Counted from the first letter of the whole stretch, positions 50,095 through 62,844 are shown. The stretch: 63,810 nucleotides of DNA, filler included, from Vicugna vicugna (GCA_013265495.1; 84 parts of 80 records of this genome joined end to end with filler, not necessarily neighbours in it); one strand, 5' to 3'. Made by a program: numbers and translations. The notes: a model not told the origin generated them from the letters alone.

Positions 50095-50194
50095 NNNNNN
50101 NNNNNNNNNNNNNNNNNNNNNNNNNNNNNNNNNNNNNNTTAATTAATTAANNNNNNNNNNNNNNNNNNNNNNNNNNNNNNNNNNNNNNNNNNNN

Positions 50195-50379
50195 GAAAGC
50201 CATCCTTCACCTAGCTTGAAGGGAACACAAAGTTTCTTGACACTAGCAAAGTCCATTCCATACATATATATGGGGAGGTACAAGCTCCAACTCGGTTTTA
50301 CAGTGCAAACCGCAGGAACTTCAAACCGGCACTAGGAAACAGACTGAGAAACCAGAGTAAGTGTTTCTCCTCCAACCCG
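50195..50379 (+). repeat. Satellite S5 partial monomer
   Basis: CATACATATATATGGGGAGGTACAAGCTCCAAC...GGAAACAGACTGAGAA. Confidence 0.9.
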
Positions 50380-50479
50380 NNNNNNNNNNNNNNNNNNNNN
50401 NNNNNNNNNNNNNNNNNNNNNNNTTAATTAATTAANNNNNNNNNNNNNNNNNNNNNNNNNNNNNNNNNNNNNNNNNNNN

Positions 50480-51508
50480 AAGCTAAGGGATTCTATTAGA
50501 ATCCAGCCGCTTCTGTCACCTGAAATTGCCAGCCCACACTCAGGACAGCAGAAAACTTCTGCATGTGTGTTCTATTGGTGGGGATACAGAGTCCTTGCTT
50601 TTTTCAAGGAGCACAGGTATTCCCATGTTGTGGGGTTTTGGTTAATAACCTCCAAATCCCATGGAGAAGCACTAACTAATAGTTGGATTTAGAGCCCAAC
50701 CCACCATTTCTCCAGCACTCCGTATCAGGCAACCAAACAGGGTAGACAAGTTAAGCGATTTTATAAGAACCAAGGCCCTGCTCTCAGTTGGAGGAGGCTG
50801 CCCACTCTCAGGATAACTGTGCAAGTGTTCGTGTGTGTGCTGGAGGTGTGGAAACAGACTCCACGGATCTTTATGGGGGCACAGGTTTTCCCAGGATAGG
50901 GATGTAGTTTACACACCTCCACAAACCATAGAGAGGTCATCGCAAATACTTGATTTCAGAGCTGAAACCACACTTTCCCCCGCACTCCCGCCTAGGATTT
51001 CCATCAAGGAAGACAAGCAAAGGGTTTCAATTAGAACCCAGGCGCTGCTGTCAGTTGGAGGAACTCCCCTGCACTCAGAATTCCAGAACACATTCTTAGG
51101 TGTNNNNNNNNNNNNNNNNNNNNNNNNNNNNNNNNNNNNNNNNNNNNNNNNNNNNNNNNNNNNNNNNNNNNNNNNNNNNNNNNNNNNNNNNNNNNNNNNN
51201 NNNNNNNNNNNNTCCAAGCCCAACCCCCAGCTTTCCCTCATGGCCTGGCCAAAAGGAACACTCAGGGAAAAGAAGCTAAGGGATACTAATAGAACCCAGG
51301 TGCAGCTGTCAGTTTGAGGAACCTCCCCACACACAGAATACCAGAACAAATCTTCGTGTGTGTGCTGGATGTAGGAAAACAGTCAAAGCATCTTTCAGGG
51401 GGCACATTTATTCCATGGTTGTGGGTTGTAGGTTAAAAACCCAAATCCCATGGAGAGGCTCTAGCTAGTACTTGGTTTAGAGCCCAACCCCCACTTTCCC
51501 CCACTCTC
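50480..51508 (+). repeat. Satellite S4, about four diverged ~267-270-bp monomers
   Basis: A TAGAA.CCAG-like landmark recurs near 50497, 50766, 51032 and 51290. Confidence 0.9.
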
Positions 51509-51608
51509 NNNNNNNNNNNNNNNNNNNNNNNNNNNNNNNNNNNNNNNNNNNNTTAATTAATTAANNNNNNNNNNNNNNNNNNNNNNNNNNNNNNNNNNNN
51601 NNNNNNNN

Positions 51609-52572
51609 TACAAAAGAAATTTTGAAAAAATCTAATTTTATATATAGTGGATAACATTTATAAATCTACAGCTCCCAGATATATCCTCTGGCAACCCCTT
51701 TCCACAATAATCATAAAATTGTCTAGTAGATCTGCGAGTGTGTTTCAGTTTTGTAGACGAAATCATAGTGTTCTCATCCAAATATTTTTTAAGCTTCTTC
51801 ATATGTAGTGTCTTGTATTATATTTCTTTCTCTTTCTGGCTTACTTCAATTAGAATGACACTTTTTGGGGACATCCATTTTGCTGCAAATATCGTTGTTT
51901 TATCAGTTTTTATTCCAAAATATTATTCCAATTTGTAAATATGGCATAACTTCTTTAAACTGTCATCTGTTGTTGGGCAATTAGGTTGCTTGCATGTTGT
52001 GACTCTTGTACATAGCACTTCTAAGGACATTGGGGTGCAGGGGTCTTTTTGGAATAGGGTTCCCTTTGATATATACCCAAAAGTGGGNNNNNNNNNNNNN
52101 NNNNNNNNNNNNNNNNNNNNNNNNNNNNNNNNNNNNNNNNNNNNNNNNNNNNNNNNNNNNNNNNNNNNNNNNNNNNNNNNNNNNNNNNNNNNNNNNNNNN
52201 NNNNNNNNNNNNNNNNNNNNNNNNNNNNNNNNNNNNNNNNNNNNNNNNNNNNNNNNNNNNNNNNNNNNNNNNNNNNNNNNNNNNNNNNNNNNNNGATTGC
52301 CCTTATAATGATAGTGAGTAATTTTTTTTCATATATCTGTGTGACATTTGAATGTCTCTTTTGGAGATTTCCTTATTTAGGGCTTCTGCACGTTTAGAGA
52401 TTTGGTTTCTTGTTTTTTTTAATTCTTATTAGGTTGTATGAAGACTTTATATTTTGGAAATTAAGACTTTATCAGTTGTATCGCTTCTTAATATTTTCTT
52501 TAATCTTGTAGGTTGTCATTTTTCTCCTTTTATGGTTCCCTTTGCTGTGCAAAAGCTTATAAGTTTAATTAG
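51609..52572 (-). mobile_element. LINE-1 3' region (ORF2 end / 3'UTR), gapped
   Basis: ctttctggcttacttca.ttagaatgaca, gtcatctgttgttgggcaattaggttg, tttgctgtgcaaaagcttataagtttaattag. Confidence 0.88.
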
Positions 52573-52672
52573 NNNNNNNNNNNNNNNNNNNNNNNNNNNN
52601 NNNNNNNNNNNNNNNNTTAATTAATTAANNNNNNNNNNNNNNNNNNNNNNNNNNNNNNNNNNNNNNNNNNNN

Positions 52673-52985
52673 CCCCTAGCAATCCCTGGCACAGAGACAT
52701 TAGGAAATCCATCAGGGGAAACGAGCTTAGGCTTTCCGTTAGAGCCCACGCGCTGCGACCTTTGGTGGAACCTCCCAACGCTCAGGATTCCGGAATCATT
52801 GTCATTGCGTGGGGGAGCTCGAGAGACAACTCCACGCAGCTCTCGTCAGACACAGGTGTTCCCTGTGCGGGGAAGTCCGAAAAATAACTTCCCTGACCTT
52901 GGGGAGGCAGCCTCTGTCACTGGGATATCCTGCAAACACCCGTAGCATTCCCTGGCACAGAGACATTAGGAAAACCCTCAGGGGA
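52673..52985 (+). repeat. Satellite S1
   Basis: Just over one monomer. Confidence 0.95.
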
Positions 52986-53085
52986 NNNNNNNNNNNNNNN
53001 NNNNNNNNNNNNNNNNNNNNNNNNNNNNNTTAATTAATTAANNNNNNNNNNNNNNNNNNNNNNNNNNNNNNNNNNNNNNNNNNNN

Positions 53086-53291
53086 TTGGTGGAACCTCCC
53101 CACGCTCAGGATTCCGGAACCATTGTCAGTGCGTGGGGGAGCTCGAGAGACAACTCCACGCAGCTCTCTTCAGTCACAGGAGTTCCCTCTCCGGGGAAGC
53201 CCGGGAAATACTTTCCCTGATCTTGGGGAGGCAGCCTTTGTCACTTGGATATCCTGCAAAACCCCCTAGCATTCCCTGGCAAAGAGACATT
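53086..53291 (+). repeat. Satellite S1 partial monomer
   Basis: S1 motifs. Confidence 0.95.
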
Positions 53292-53391
53292 NNNNNNNNN
53301 NNNNNNNNNNNNNNNNNNNNNNNNNNNNNNNNNNNTTAATTAATTAANNNNNNNNNNNNNNNNNNNNNNNNNNNNNNNNNNNNNNNNNNNN

Positions 53392-54194
53392 CTAAGCTCG
53401 TCTCCCCTGAGTGTTTTCCTAATATCTCTCTGCCAGCGAATTCCAGGGGGGTTTGCAGGATATCCCAGTGACAGAGGCTGCCTCCCCAAGGTCAGGGAAG
53501 GTATTTCTCGGACTTCCCCGAACAGGGAACACCTGTGACTGAAGAGAGCTGCGTGGAGTTGTCTCTCGNNNNNNNNNNNNNNNNNNNNNNNNNNNNNNNN
53601 NNNNNNNNNNNNNNNNNNNNNNNNNNNNNNNNNNNNNNNNNNNNNNNNNNNNNNNNNNNNNNNNNNNNNNNNNNNNNNNNNNNNNNNNNNNNNNNNNNNN
53701 NNNNNNNNNNNNNNNNNNNNNNNNNNNNNNNNNNNNNNNNNNNNNNNNNNNNNNNNNNNNNNNNNNNNNNNNNNNNNNNNNNNNNNNNNNNNNNNNNNNN
53801 NNNNNNNNNNNNNNNNNNNNNNNNNNNNNNNNNNNNNNNNNNNNNNNNNNNNNNNNNNNNNNNNNNNNNNNNNNNNNNNNNNNNNNNNNNNNNNNNNNNN
53901 NNNNNNNNNNNNNNNNNNNNNNNNNNNNNNNNNNNNNNNNNNNNNNNNNNNNNNNNNNNNNNNNNNNNNNNNNNNNNNNNNNNNNNNNNNNNNNNNNNNN
54001 NNNNNNNNNNNNNNNNNNNNNNNNNNNNNNNNNNNNNNNNNNNCCCGAACAGGGAACACCTGTGACTGAAGAGAGCTGCGTGGAGTTGTCTCTCGAGCTC
54101 CCCCAAGCACTGACAATGTTTCCGGAATCCTGAGCGTGGGAAGGATCCTCCAAGGGTCGGCAGAGCGTGGGTTCTGACGGAAAGCCTAAGCTCG
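53392..54194 (-). repeat. Satellite S1, gapped
   Basis: Reverse-complement S1 motifs. Confidence 0.95.
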
Positions 54195-54294
54195 NNNNNN
54201 NNNNNNNNNNNNNNNNNNNNNNNNNNNNNNNNNNNNNNTTAATTAATTAANNNNNNNNNNNNNNNNNNNNNNNNNNNNNNNNNNNNNNNNNNNN

Positions 54295-54571
54295 TCTCGG
54301 ACTTACACGAACAGGGAACCCCTGTGAGTGAAGAGAGATTCGTGGAGTTGTCTGCCGAGCTCCCCCACGCACTGACAATTGTTCTGGAATCCTGAGCTTG
54401 GGGAGGTTCCACCAACGGTCGGCAGCGCGTGGTTTCTAACGGAATGCTTAAGCTCGTCTCACCTGAGGTTTTTCCTAATGTCTCTGTGCCAGGGAATGCT
54501 AGGGGTGATTGCAGGATATCCCAGTGTCAGAGGCTGCCTCCCCAAGTTCAGGGAAGGTATTTCTCGGACTT
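54295..54571 (-). repeat. Satellite S1
   Basis: One monomer. Confidence 0.95.
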
Positions 54572-54671
54572 NNNNNNNNNNNNNNNNNNNNNNNNNNNNN
54601 NNNNNNNNNNNNNNNTTAATTAATTAANNNNNNNNNNNNNNNNNNNNNNNNNNNNNNNNNNNNNNNNNNNN

Positions 54672-55591
54672 GCAGCGCCTGGAACGGAATGCCTGTGCTC
54701 GTCTCCCCTGAGGGTTTTCCTCATGTCTCTGGGCCAGGAATTACTGGGGGTGTTGCAGGAAATCCCAGTGACAGATTCTTCCACCCCAAGGTAAGGGAAA
54801 GAATTTCTCGGACTTCCCCAAGCAGGGAACACCTGTGACTGAAGAGAGCTGCGTGGAGTTTTCTCTCGAATTCCCCTACTCAATGACAGTGGTTCCGGAA
54901 TCCTGAGAATGGGGAGGTTCCACCAACGATCTGCAGCGCGAGTGTTCTAATGGGATGCCTGTGATCATCTCCCCTGAGAGTTTTCCTCATGTCTCTGTGC
55001 CAGGGAATGCTAGGGGGGGTTGCAGGAAATCCCAGTGACAGAGGCTGCCTCCCCAATGTCAGGTTAGTTATTTCTCGGACTTCCCCGAGCTGGGAACACC
55101 TGTGACTGATGAGAGTTGCGTCGAGTTGTCTCTCGAGCTCCCCCACTCTATGACAATGATTCTGGAATCCTGAGCGTGGGGAGAATCCACCAACGGTCGG
55201 CAGCGCTTTGGTTCAAACGGGATGCCTGTGCTCGTATCCCCTGAGGGTTTTCCTAATATCTCTTTGCCAGGGAATGCTAGGGGGGATTGCAGGAAATCCC
55301 AGTGACAGAGGCTGACTCCCCAAGGTCATGGAAGTTATTTCACGGACTTCACCGAGCAGGGTACACCTGTGAATTAAGAGAGCTTCGTGGAGTTGTCTCT
55401 CGAGCTCCCCCACTCAATGACCAAGTTTCCGGAATCCTGAGCGTGGGGAGGTTCCACCAATGGTCGGCAGCGCGTGGGTTCTAAGAGAATGCCTTTGCTC
55501 GTCTCCCCTGTGGGTTTTCCTCATGTCTCTGTGCCAAGGAATGCTAGGGGGTGTTGCAGGAATTCCCAGTGGCGGAGGCTGCCACCTCAAG
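54672..55591 (-). repeat. Satellite S1 variant subfamily
   Basis: About 3.5 monomers sharing diagnostic variants (cactcaatgac, ggaaatcccagtg, gcctgtgctc). Confidence 0.95.
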
Positions 55592-55691
55592 NNNNNNNNN
55601 NNNNNNNNNNNNNNNNNNNNNNNNNNNNNNNNNNNTTAATTAATTAANNNNNNNNNNNNNNNNNNNNNNNNNNNNNNNNNNNNNNNNNNNN

Positions 55692-56286
55692 TGATGGTTT
55701 TCCTAGGCCAGTGTGTGGTTGAAAGTGGGATTTGGGGTATAAATCTAAGTATCAGCGTGTGCCTCTCCATGGGTAGTGGAGATGTTTAAACTACAACCCA
55801 CAACTTGGTAATTACTGTGACCCCTGAAAAATGCGTGTTCTTGTTTCCGCACCTCCAGCACACACACGAAGTTTACTGGTATCCTGAGTGTGGGGAGGCT
55901 CCTGCAACTGACAATAGCAGCTGGGATCTAATTGGATCCATTAGATTGACTTCCCTGATTATTTTCCTTGGCCGGGTTTTGAGCGAAGTTATGGGTTGTG
56001 CTCTAAAACTAGTATTAGCGAGCTCCTAGCTTTTGGCAGTGGAGGTGGTTAAAGTATATCCCCAACCTGGGAAAACCTGTGCCCCCATAAAGATGTGTGG
56101 ACTCAGTTTCCCTCCTCCAGCACACACACGATATCTGGCTCAGATGTTTTGTGTGTGGGGAGTTCCTCCAAATAACAGCATCGCCTGGGTTCTAATACAA
56201 TACATTTATTTCTCTTCAATGATGGCTTGCCAAGGGCGGAGTTCGGGGGAAATTGGGGGTTGGGCTGTAAATCCAAGTATTAGCGA
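55692..56286 (-). repeat. Satellite S4
   Basis: ATCCTGAGTGTGGGGAGGCTCCTGCAACTGACAATAGCAGCTGGGATCTAAT core; about two monomers. Confidence 0.88.
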
Positions 56287-57369
56287 NNNNNNNNNNNNNN
56301 NNNNNNNNNNNNNNNNNNNNNNNNNNNNNNTTAATTAATTAANNNNNNNNNNNNNNNNNNNNNNNNNNNNNNNNNNNNNNNNNNNNAGTGTGGGCATGTA
56401 GATCACAGGGCCCTGAGAGGACAAGTACAGATCATGGCCACGACATGCCTCTCTCCTTCCTTAAGCCATTGAGGTATTACTGGGAGGAAAAGAAAATTCA
56501 TCCAGAACACGCTAGGTTGTCTCTCGCAGGTGGGACTCGTGTCCCCTGTGCATCTCACTCACAGGGCTGGTCTAGACATTCTTTTTATCAATTCTCTAGC
56601 ATCTTCTCCTTCAACTTACCAACAACCAGAAAGTAGGATCTGATCTTAGGTAAGTTCAAGAATCACAGAGCACCGCCTCCAAAGCGGGCCCGGTAGCACA
56701 TGCCAGGTCCTCCGACCGTCACCTGTGGGACCACCATGAGCCCTCTCCAGACTCAAGGACAGAGGCCGTAGGCCAGGGGGACACAGCTTCCCTCACTCAC
56801 CCCAGCAAAGGGGGACCACGTCTCGGCAAAGGCATCTCACCCTCTTCTGCCCGAGGGACAGCACGATAGATACACGGGGAAACAGAGCAGAAGGTGGGGG
56901 GGTAGGCAGCCCAGAAGAGCTCGTCTGTACTTCCGAGGCAAAGTGGGGCCATTGACTTAATCACAGGAACAAATTGGGAATGAATATTTCCCTGTTCTGT
57001 CCCGTACACCGTGATACGCCTTTCCCTGCATGAGGAGTTCATTAGGAAGTCCCTGGCGGTGTTTCTGATATCCTAACTTGGCATGGTGGCTGTCGGGCAG
57101 GAAGAGAGGGCCTGAGCTGAAAAGGTGCTGGGCCTGGGAGGCAGGAGACAGCGGCTCCAGCCGCAGCTCAACCAGCGCTTCGTTCTGCCTCTCGGGGTTC
57201 AGCAACTCATATATAAGCAAAGGGATGAGACTGTTTCAGGACAGGCTGCCCAACAGAAATGAAATGAGANNNNNNNNNNNNNNNNNNNNNNNNNNNNNNN
57301 NNNNNNNNNNNNNTTAATTAATTAANNNNNNNNNNNNNNNNNNNNNNNNNNNNNNNNNNNNNNNNNNNN

Positions 57370-57832
57370 CATGTATGTAGCATGTACGGAACACGGAATA
57401 TCATGTAGATGTCAGGTAATCAAATTACATATCTCTAAGAAAGAATTCGCTCCAAGAGGTTTTTTGTGGGATCAAAGTGTGATTCTTGAACCTGGTGTTA
57501 GGAAGAAGCTACAAAGTCAAAGTAAATATTTCAGAGTGCATATGTAATATGTTTGGTGGTTGAAACATCAGGGATGCGCATGTTCGCAACTCAGAAATGC
57601 ATGTTTGAGGAATCCGTGATGCATGAAACATGTTTGGAATACGGAATGCCATGGTTATGTAAACAATGTAAATTAAATATGTATTGGTGAGAATTAATTC
57701 AAAGAGTGTTTTCTGGTGCCAAATGTCCGATTTTAGAAACTGGTGATAGGAAAAGCCTATGAAGTCAGACTAAGTATTTCTAAGTGAATATACGCCCTGT
57801 TTGATGGATGAAAGGTCAGTAATCCACATGCT
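57370..57832 (+). repeat. Satellite S2
   Basis: Subunit B to subunit C motifs. Confidence 0.92.
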
Positions 57833-58160
57833 NNNNNNNNNNNNNNNNNNNNNNNNNNNNNNNNNNNNNNNNNNNNTTAATTAATTAANNNNNNNNNNNN
57901 NNNNNNNNNNNNNNNNNNNNNNNNNNNNNNNNGTTGCAGACTGTTAGGAGAGCGGGTGGTGCCCCCTCCCAGCACCTCAGTCAGGGGCTGTGTTCCTGCC
58001 CAAAAGGCAGGGGGGCGCTCTCCCTCTACCTGCGCCTCCGGTAGCTCCGCTGCTCTGTGCNNNNNNNNNNNNNNNNNNNNNNNNNNNNNNNNNNNNNNNN
58101 NNNNTTAATTAATTAANNNNNNNNNNNNNNNNNNNNNNNNNNNNNNNNNNNNNNNNNNNN

Positions 58161-59140
58161 AGGCTGCCTCCCCAAGGTCAGGGAAATTATTTCTCGGTCT
58201 TCCCAAGGCAGGGGACACCTGTGACTGAAGAGAGCTGCGTTGAGATGTCTCTCGAGCTCCCCCACTCAATGACAATGGTTCCGGAATCCTGAGCGTGGGG
58301 AGGTTCCACCAACGGTCGGCAGCGCGTATGTTCTAACGGAATGCCTAAGCTCGTCTCCTCTGAGGTTTTTCCAAATGTCTCGTGCCAGGGAATGCTAGGG
58401 GGAGTTACAGGAATTCCCAGGGACAGAGGCTGCCTCCCCAAGGTCAGGGAAATTATTTCTCGGTCTTCCCAAGGCAGGGGACACCTGTGACTGAAGAGAG
58501 CTGCGTTGAGATGTCTCTCGAGCTCCCCCACTCAATGACAATGGTTCCGGAATCCTGAGCGTGGGGAGGTTCCACCAACGGTCGGCAGCGCGTATGTTCT
58601 AACGGAATGCCTAAGCTCGTCTCCTCTGAGGTTTTTCCAAATGTCTCGTGCCAGGGAATTCTAGGGGGTTTGCAGTATTTCCCAGTGAGAGAGGCTGCCT
58701 CCCCAAGTTCAGGGAAGGTATTTCTCGGACTTCCCCGAACAGGGAACAACTGTGATTGAAGAGAGTTGCGTGGAGTTGTCTCTCGATCTCCCCCAAACAC
58801 TGACAATGTTTCCGGAATCCTGAGCGTGGGGAGGTTCCACCAACGGTCGGCAGCGCGTATGTTCTAACGGAATGCCTAAGCTCGTCTCCTCTGAGGTTTT
58901 TCCAAATGTCTCGTGCCAGGGAATGCTAGGGGGGTTTGCAGGATATCCCAGTGACAGAGGCGGCCTCCCCAAGGTCAGGGAAGATGTTTCTTGGACTTCC
59001 CCGAACAGGGAACAACTGTGATTGAAGAGAGTTGCGTGGAGTTGTCTCTCGATCTCCCCCAAACACTGACAATGTTTCCGGAATCCTGAGCGTGGGGAGG
59101 TTCCACCAACGGTCGGCAGCGCGTGGTTTCTAACGGAAAG
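58161..59140 (-). repeat. Satellite S1, 265-266-bp variant with near-identical neighbours
   Basis: AGGC.GCCTCCCCA at 58161, 58427, 58692 and 58958; shared 1-bp deletion (aatgtctcgtgcc). Confidence 0.95.
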
Positions 59141-59315
59141 NNNNNNNNNNNNNNNNNNNNNNNNNNNNNNNNNNNNNNNNNNNNTTAATTAATTAANNNN
59201 NNNNNNNNNNNNNNNNNNNNNNNNNNNNNNNNNNNNNNNNAAAGAACCCTGATATTAAATTTGGATTAAATATTTAAAAAAAGAAGAAAAGAAAAGTACA
59301 AAAGATAAGTGACAC

Positions 59316-59716
59316 TGTGAAGGAAAACCACAGCTGGGCTAACAAGCTAAGTCACAAATCTAAGTGTGATAAGTGTCAGTTTACTGATCTAAGTTTTGCT
59401 GGGCTACCTGGTAAAAGTTTAGTGTCAGTTTACTGGGCTAATAAGCTAACCCGAAAATCCAAGGTCAACAGTTGTCAGTAACGTGATCTGTTCCAAATTG
59501 ATAAGCTTCAGTGTACTGATTCCTTGCTTTTTGTTGTTTGAGCCTTATTGTGTAATAGCCCCATACTTGTAATTAACCCTATAAAACATCATGTGCACGT
59601 CTTGGAGGTGCTCAGAGCTTTGGAACAGAAGCCCCTCTGAGCCCGCCAGCGTAATAAATCTCAGTACACCCTCTGTATGATTCTTATTTCTAGGCTGGCC
59701 TTTTGTTTCCATAACA
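59316..59716 (+). mobile_element. Complete 401-bp solo LTR (class I/ERV1-like) with 4-bp TSD ACAC
   Basis: TG at 59316, CA at 59715-59716, ACAC at 59312-59315 and 59717-59720, CTATAAAA at ~59579, AATAAA at 59653. Confidence 0.85.
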
Positions 59717-59989
59717 ACACAAGCGATAATGCCCGTGAGATAAATCTGGGGAGGCTGCTGTCAGGTCCCCATGTCTCACTTGGGAAAATCTGAAACATCC
59801 TTCTCACCACTCAGAGTCATCATAAGCCCACCCCACACATTCCACCGTTAAATGCAGGAGCACGGTTAGGGCCAGGCCTTTGCTGTCTTNNNNNNNNNNN
59901 NNNNNNNNNNNNNNNNNNNNNNNNNNNNNNNNNTTAATTAATTAANNNNNNNNNNNNNNNNNNNNNNNNNNNNNNNNNNNNNNNNNNNN

Positions 59990-60454
59990 TTCTTGCACCT
60001 GTAATTTATTGATCTATGTTTAGATCTTTTATTTCACTTACAAAATATATTCCTGTTTTATTCCTTATGGTATAAATTTACATGTAATAATTTTCCAAGT
60101 CTCTCTTTCCGATTATGGGTTGTTAATATATAAAAATGCAACGGATTTTTTTTAGCAATGGATTTTTTTTTATCAATTTTGTATTCTGGAAGTTTACTAA
60201 GTTTGTTCATTATTTCTAACAGTCACTGGAGGAGTCTATGGAGCTTTCTATCTATGTATAATTATGGCAACTGTAAATACTTTACTGCTTTTTTACAAGT
60301 TGGATACATTTTATATTTTTTCTTGACTAGATGTTCTGGCTAGGACTTCTAGTAGTGTAATTTAGGACTTGTGAAAATGAGCTAATTTTTCTTATTACTG
60401 GACCAGGGTAAAACCTTCCTGTATGTTAAAATTGAACTTGATGTTAGTCATGGG
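59990..60454 (-). mobile_element. LINE-1 ORF2 RT-region relic
   Basis: aaaaatgcaacggatttt, attttgtattctggaagtttactaagtttgttcattatttctaacagt, ctggctaggacttctagta. Confidence 0.82.
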
Positions 60455-60554
60455 NNNNNNNNNNNNNNNNNNNNNNNNNNNNNNNNNNNNNNNNNNNNTT
60501 AATTAATTAANNNNNNNNNNNNNNNNNNNNNNNNNNNNNNNNNNNNNNNNNNNN

Positions 60555-61289
60555 TGTTCGGGGAAGTCCGAGAAATAACTTCCGTGACCTTGGGGAGGCC
60601 GCCTCTGTCAGTGGGATACCTGCAATCACCCCTAGCATTCCCTGGCACAGAGACATTAGGAAAACCCTCAGGGGAGGCGAGCTTAGGCATTCCCTTAGAA
60701 CCCACGCGCTGCCGACCGTTGGTGGAACCTCCCCACGCTCAGGATTCCGGAACCATTGTCAGGGCGTGGGGGAGCTCGAGAGACAAATCCACGCAGCNNN
60801 NNNNNNNNNNNNNNNNNNNNNNNNNNNNNNNNNNNNNNNNNNNNNNNNNNNNNNGACCTTGGGGGCCTCTGACAGTGGAACATCCTGCAAACCCCCTAGC
60901 ATTCCCTTGCACAGAGACATGAGGAAAACACTCAGGGGAGACGAGCTTAAGCATTCCGTTAGAACCAACGCGCTGCCGACCGATGGTGGAACCTCCCCAC
61001 ACTCAGGATTCCGGAACCATTGTGAGTGCATCGGGGAACACGAGAGAAAACTCCACGAAGCTCTCTTCAGTCACATGTGGTCCAAGTTCGGGGAAGTCTG
61101 AGAAATATCTTCCCTGACCTTGGGGAGGCAGCCTCTGACACTGGGATATCCTACAAACACCCCTAGCATTCCCTGGCACAGAGACATTAGGAAAACCCTC
61201 AGGGGACACGAGCTTATACATTCAGTTAGAACAAACGAGCTGCTGACCGTTTGTGGAACCTCCCCACACTCAGGATTCCGGAACCATTG
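60555..61289 (+). repeat. Satellite S1
   Basis: Nearly three monomers. Confidence 0.95.
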
Positions 61290-61389
61290 NNNNNNNNNNN
61301 NNNNNNNNNNNNNNNNNNNNNNNNNNNNNNNNNTTAATTAATTAANNNNNNNNNNNNNNNNNNNNNNNNNNNNNNNNNNNNNNNNNNNN

Positions 61390-61926
61390 CGGTTACTCGG
61401 AGAGTCCAGATGGAGAGAAATCTGCCGTGGGTCCCTTCATGGTGTCCAAAACTGTTGACTGAAATACATGTGCAGCCTTAAAGTTAAGAGTTATGTTTTA
61501 TTTGGCGGGAGGACTCGAGCCGGGATGACAGCCTGTCAGATCTCTCTGAGGGACTAGTCCAAAGAGGTTGCGGAGGAGCTAGGATATATAGGAGCCTTAC
61601 AACAAACACCAGGTTGTCAGAACAATAAAAGATTGCTTGTTATCTAAAGAAAGCCAGGTATCTCAAGTTCAAGACTTTAGTGCTTTTCTATGTATGGGAG
61701 GAAGCAAATATTTTGGACTCACTGAATTCATTCTTTAGACAAGCACCTAGCTATCTAGGGCCAGTAGCCTGTCCTTTCTTATTCTGAGTCTGCACAGAGG
61801 GCACCATTGTGAGTGGCTGAGAAGCTGGGCTGCAGGCCTGTCCTCGCTGGGGTGTGGCGGCAGCCGCTAATGACTTGGTTTCAGCATTCTTTGTTTGCTG
61901 ATATGGTTGCAGTATTTTCATTCACA
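61390..61926 (-). mobile_element. ERV1-class 5' LTR (61453-61926, ~474 bp) with PBS (61431-61448)
   Basis: Reverse complement reads TGTGAATG...CCTATATAT...AATAAA...TCAACA|GTTTTGGACACCATGAAGGGAC; paralog of 36839-37355. Confidence 0.82.
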
Positions 61927-62305
61927 TTGTGGTATTTTTGTTCATGGGCTGATTATGGATAATCTGCAAACTTGGAAAGCAACCGAGATGGAATTACTGC
62001 AGGTACCTCCTACTTTAGTAAGCCGTGTGCAAACATAAACATGGAGGAAACATACACTTGGATTTGGTGGTGTAGGGAAGGGTTTCTGCACATTACATGA
62101 GAACGCAATGCAGAATTCCTTTCTTTTCTGTAGTGGTTTCTGAGAACAGTTTATGATTTTACAAACGGTGGCACACATTGCATTTAAGAGCTGGCCGGCT
62201 TCAAANNNNNNNNNNNNNNNNNNNNNNNNNNNNNNNNNNNNNNNNNNNNTTAATTAATTAANNNNNNNNNNNNNNNNNNNNNNNNNNNNNNNNNNNNNNN
62301 NNNNN

Positions 62306-62844
62306 GCCAACCGTACCCTTTTGGTGCTTGTTTGTATGTTTGATTCTTGGGTTTTCTGCTTCTCTTTGATTTGCAAACATGTCAGGCCATGCATCTCTCC
62401 GTTTGCCTCAAACAGAGAGTCTTTTTAGCTGATTCACTTAAGATAGTGCTTACTATCAGCTATGATTTCCTGCTTCCCTCTCCCATCTTTAGGGTTTTGA
62501 TGTCCTCCTTGCCTTCTTCTTGTTTCTTCTTTGCCGCTCATGCTCTTCTTGCATTTCCAATAATGGTTCTCTTCTTTCCATTTCATCTTGCTGCTTTTCT
62601 ATTCAGGGGAGATTCTCAACCTTTCTTTTAGGATAAGTTTCGAACTGCTGAATTCTTTTAAAGGTCTGTGGAAGTATCTAGCTCTGCCGTTATTAGTAAT
62701 GGTGGTCATGTGGCATATGCTACCGAAATGGCAGCACTTTGCCATTCAGGATTGGTCTATGTCCTGACACTCCTCCCTGTTTTCCAGTATTGCTGCCATG
62801 ATATCAGCTGAAACCCCTCTGGAGGTTCTCTTGTGACCATGTTG
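62306..62844 (-). mobile_element. Diverged LINE-1 ORF1/inter-ORF relic, paralog of ~18071-18622
   Basis: Reverse complement shares gaacctccagaggggtttcagctgata, atgaccaccatt.ctaataacggcaga and aaagggtacgg.tggc with the 18-kb copy. Confidence 0.8.

Noticed and set aside
49695..50150. Hydrophobic FYILYS-repeat 'membrane proteins'
   Set aside because: They are translations of the S3 heptamer satellite's T-rich strand.
57933..58060. GC-rich fragment, possibly an L1 5'UTR or CpG island
   Set aside because: Only 128 bp; cannot be assigned by eye.
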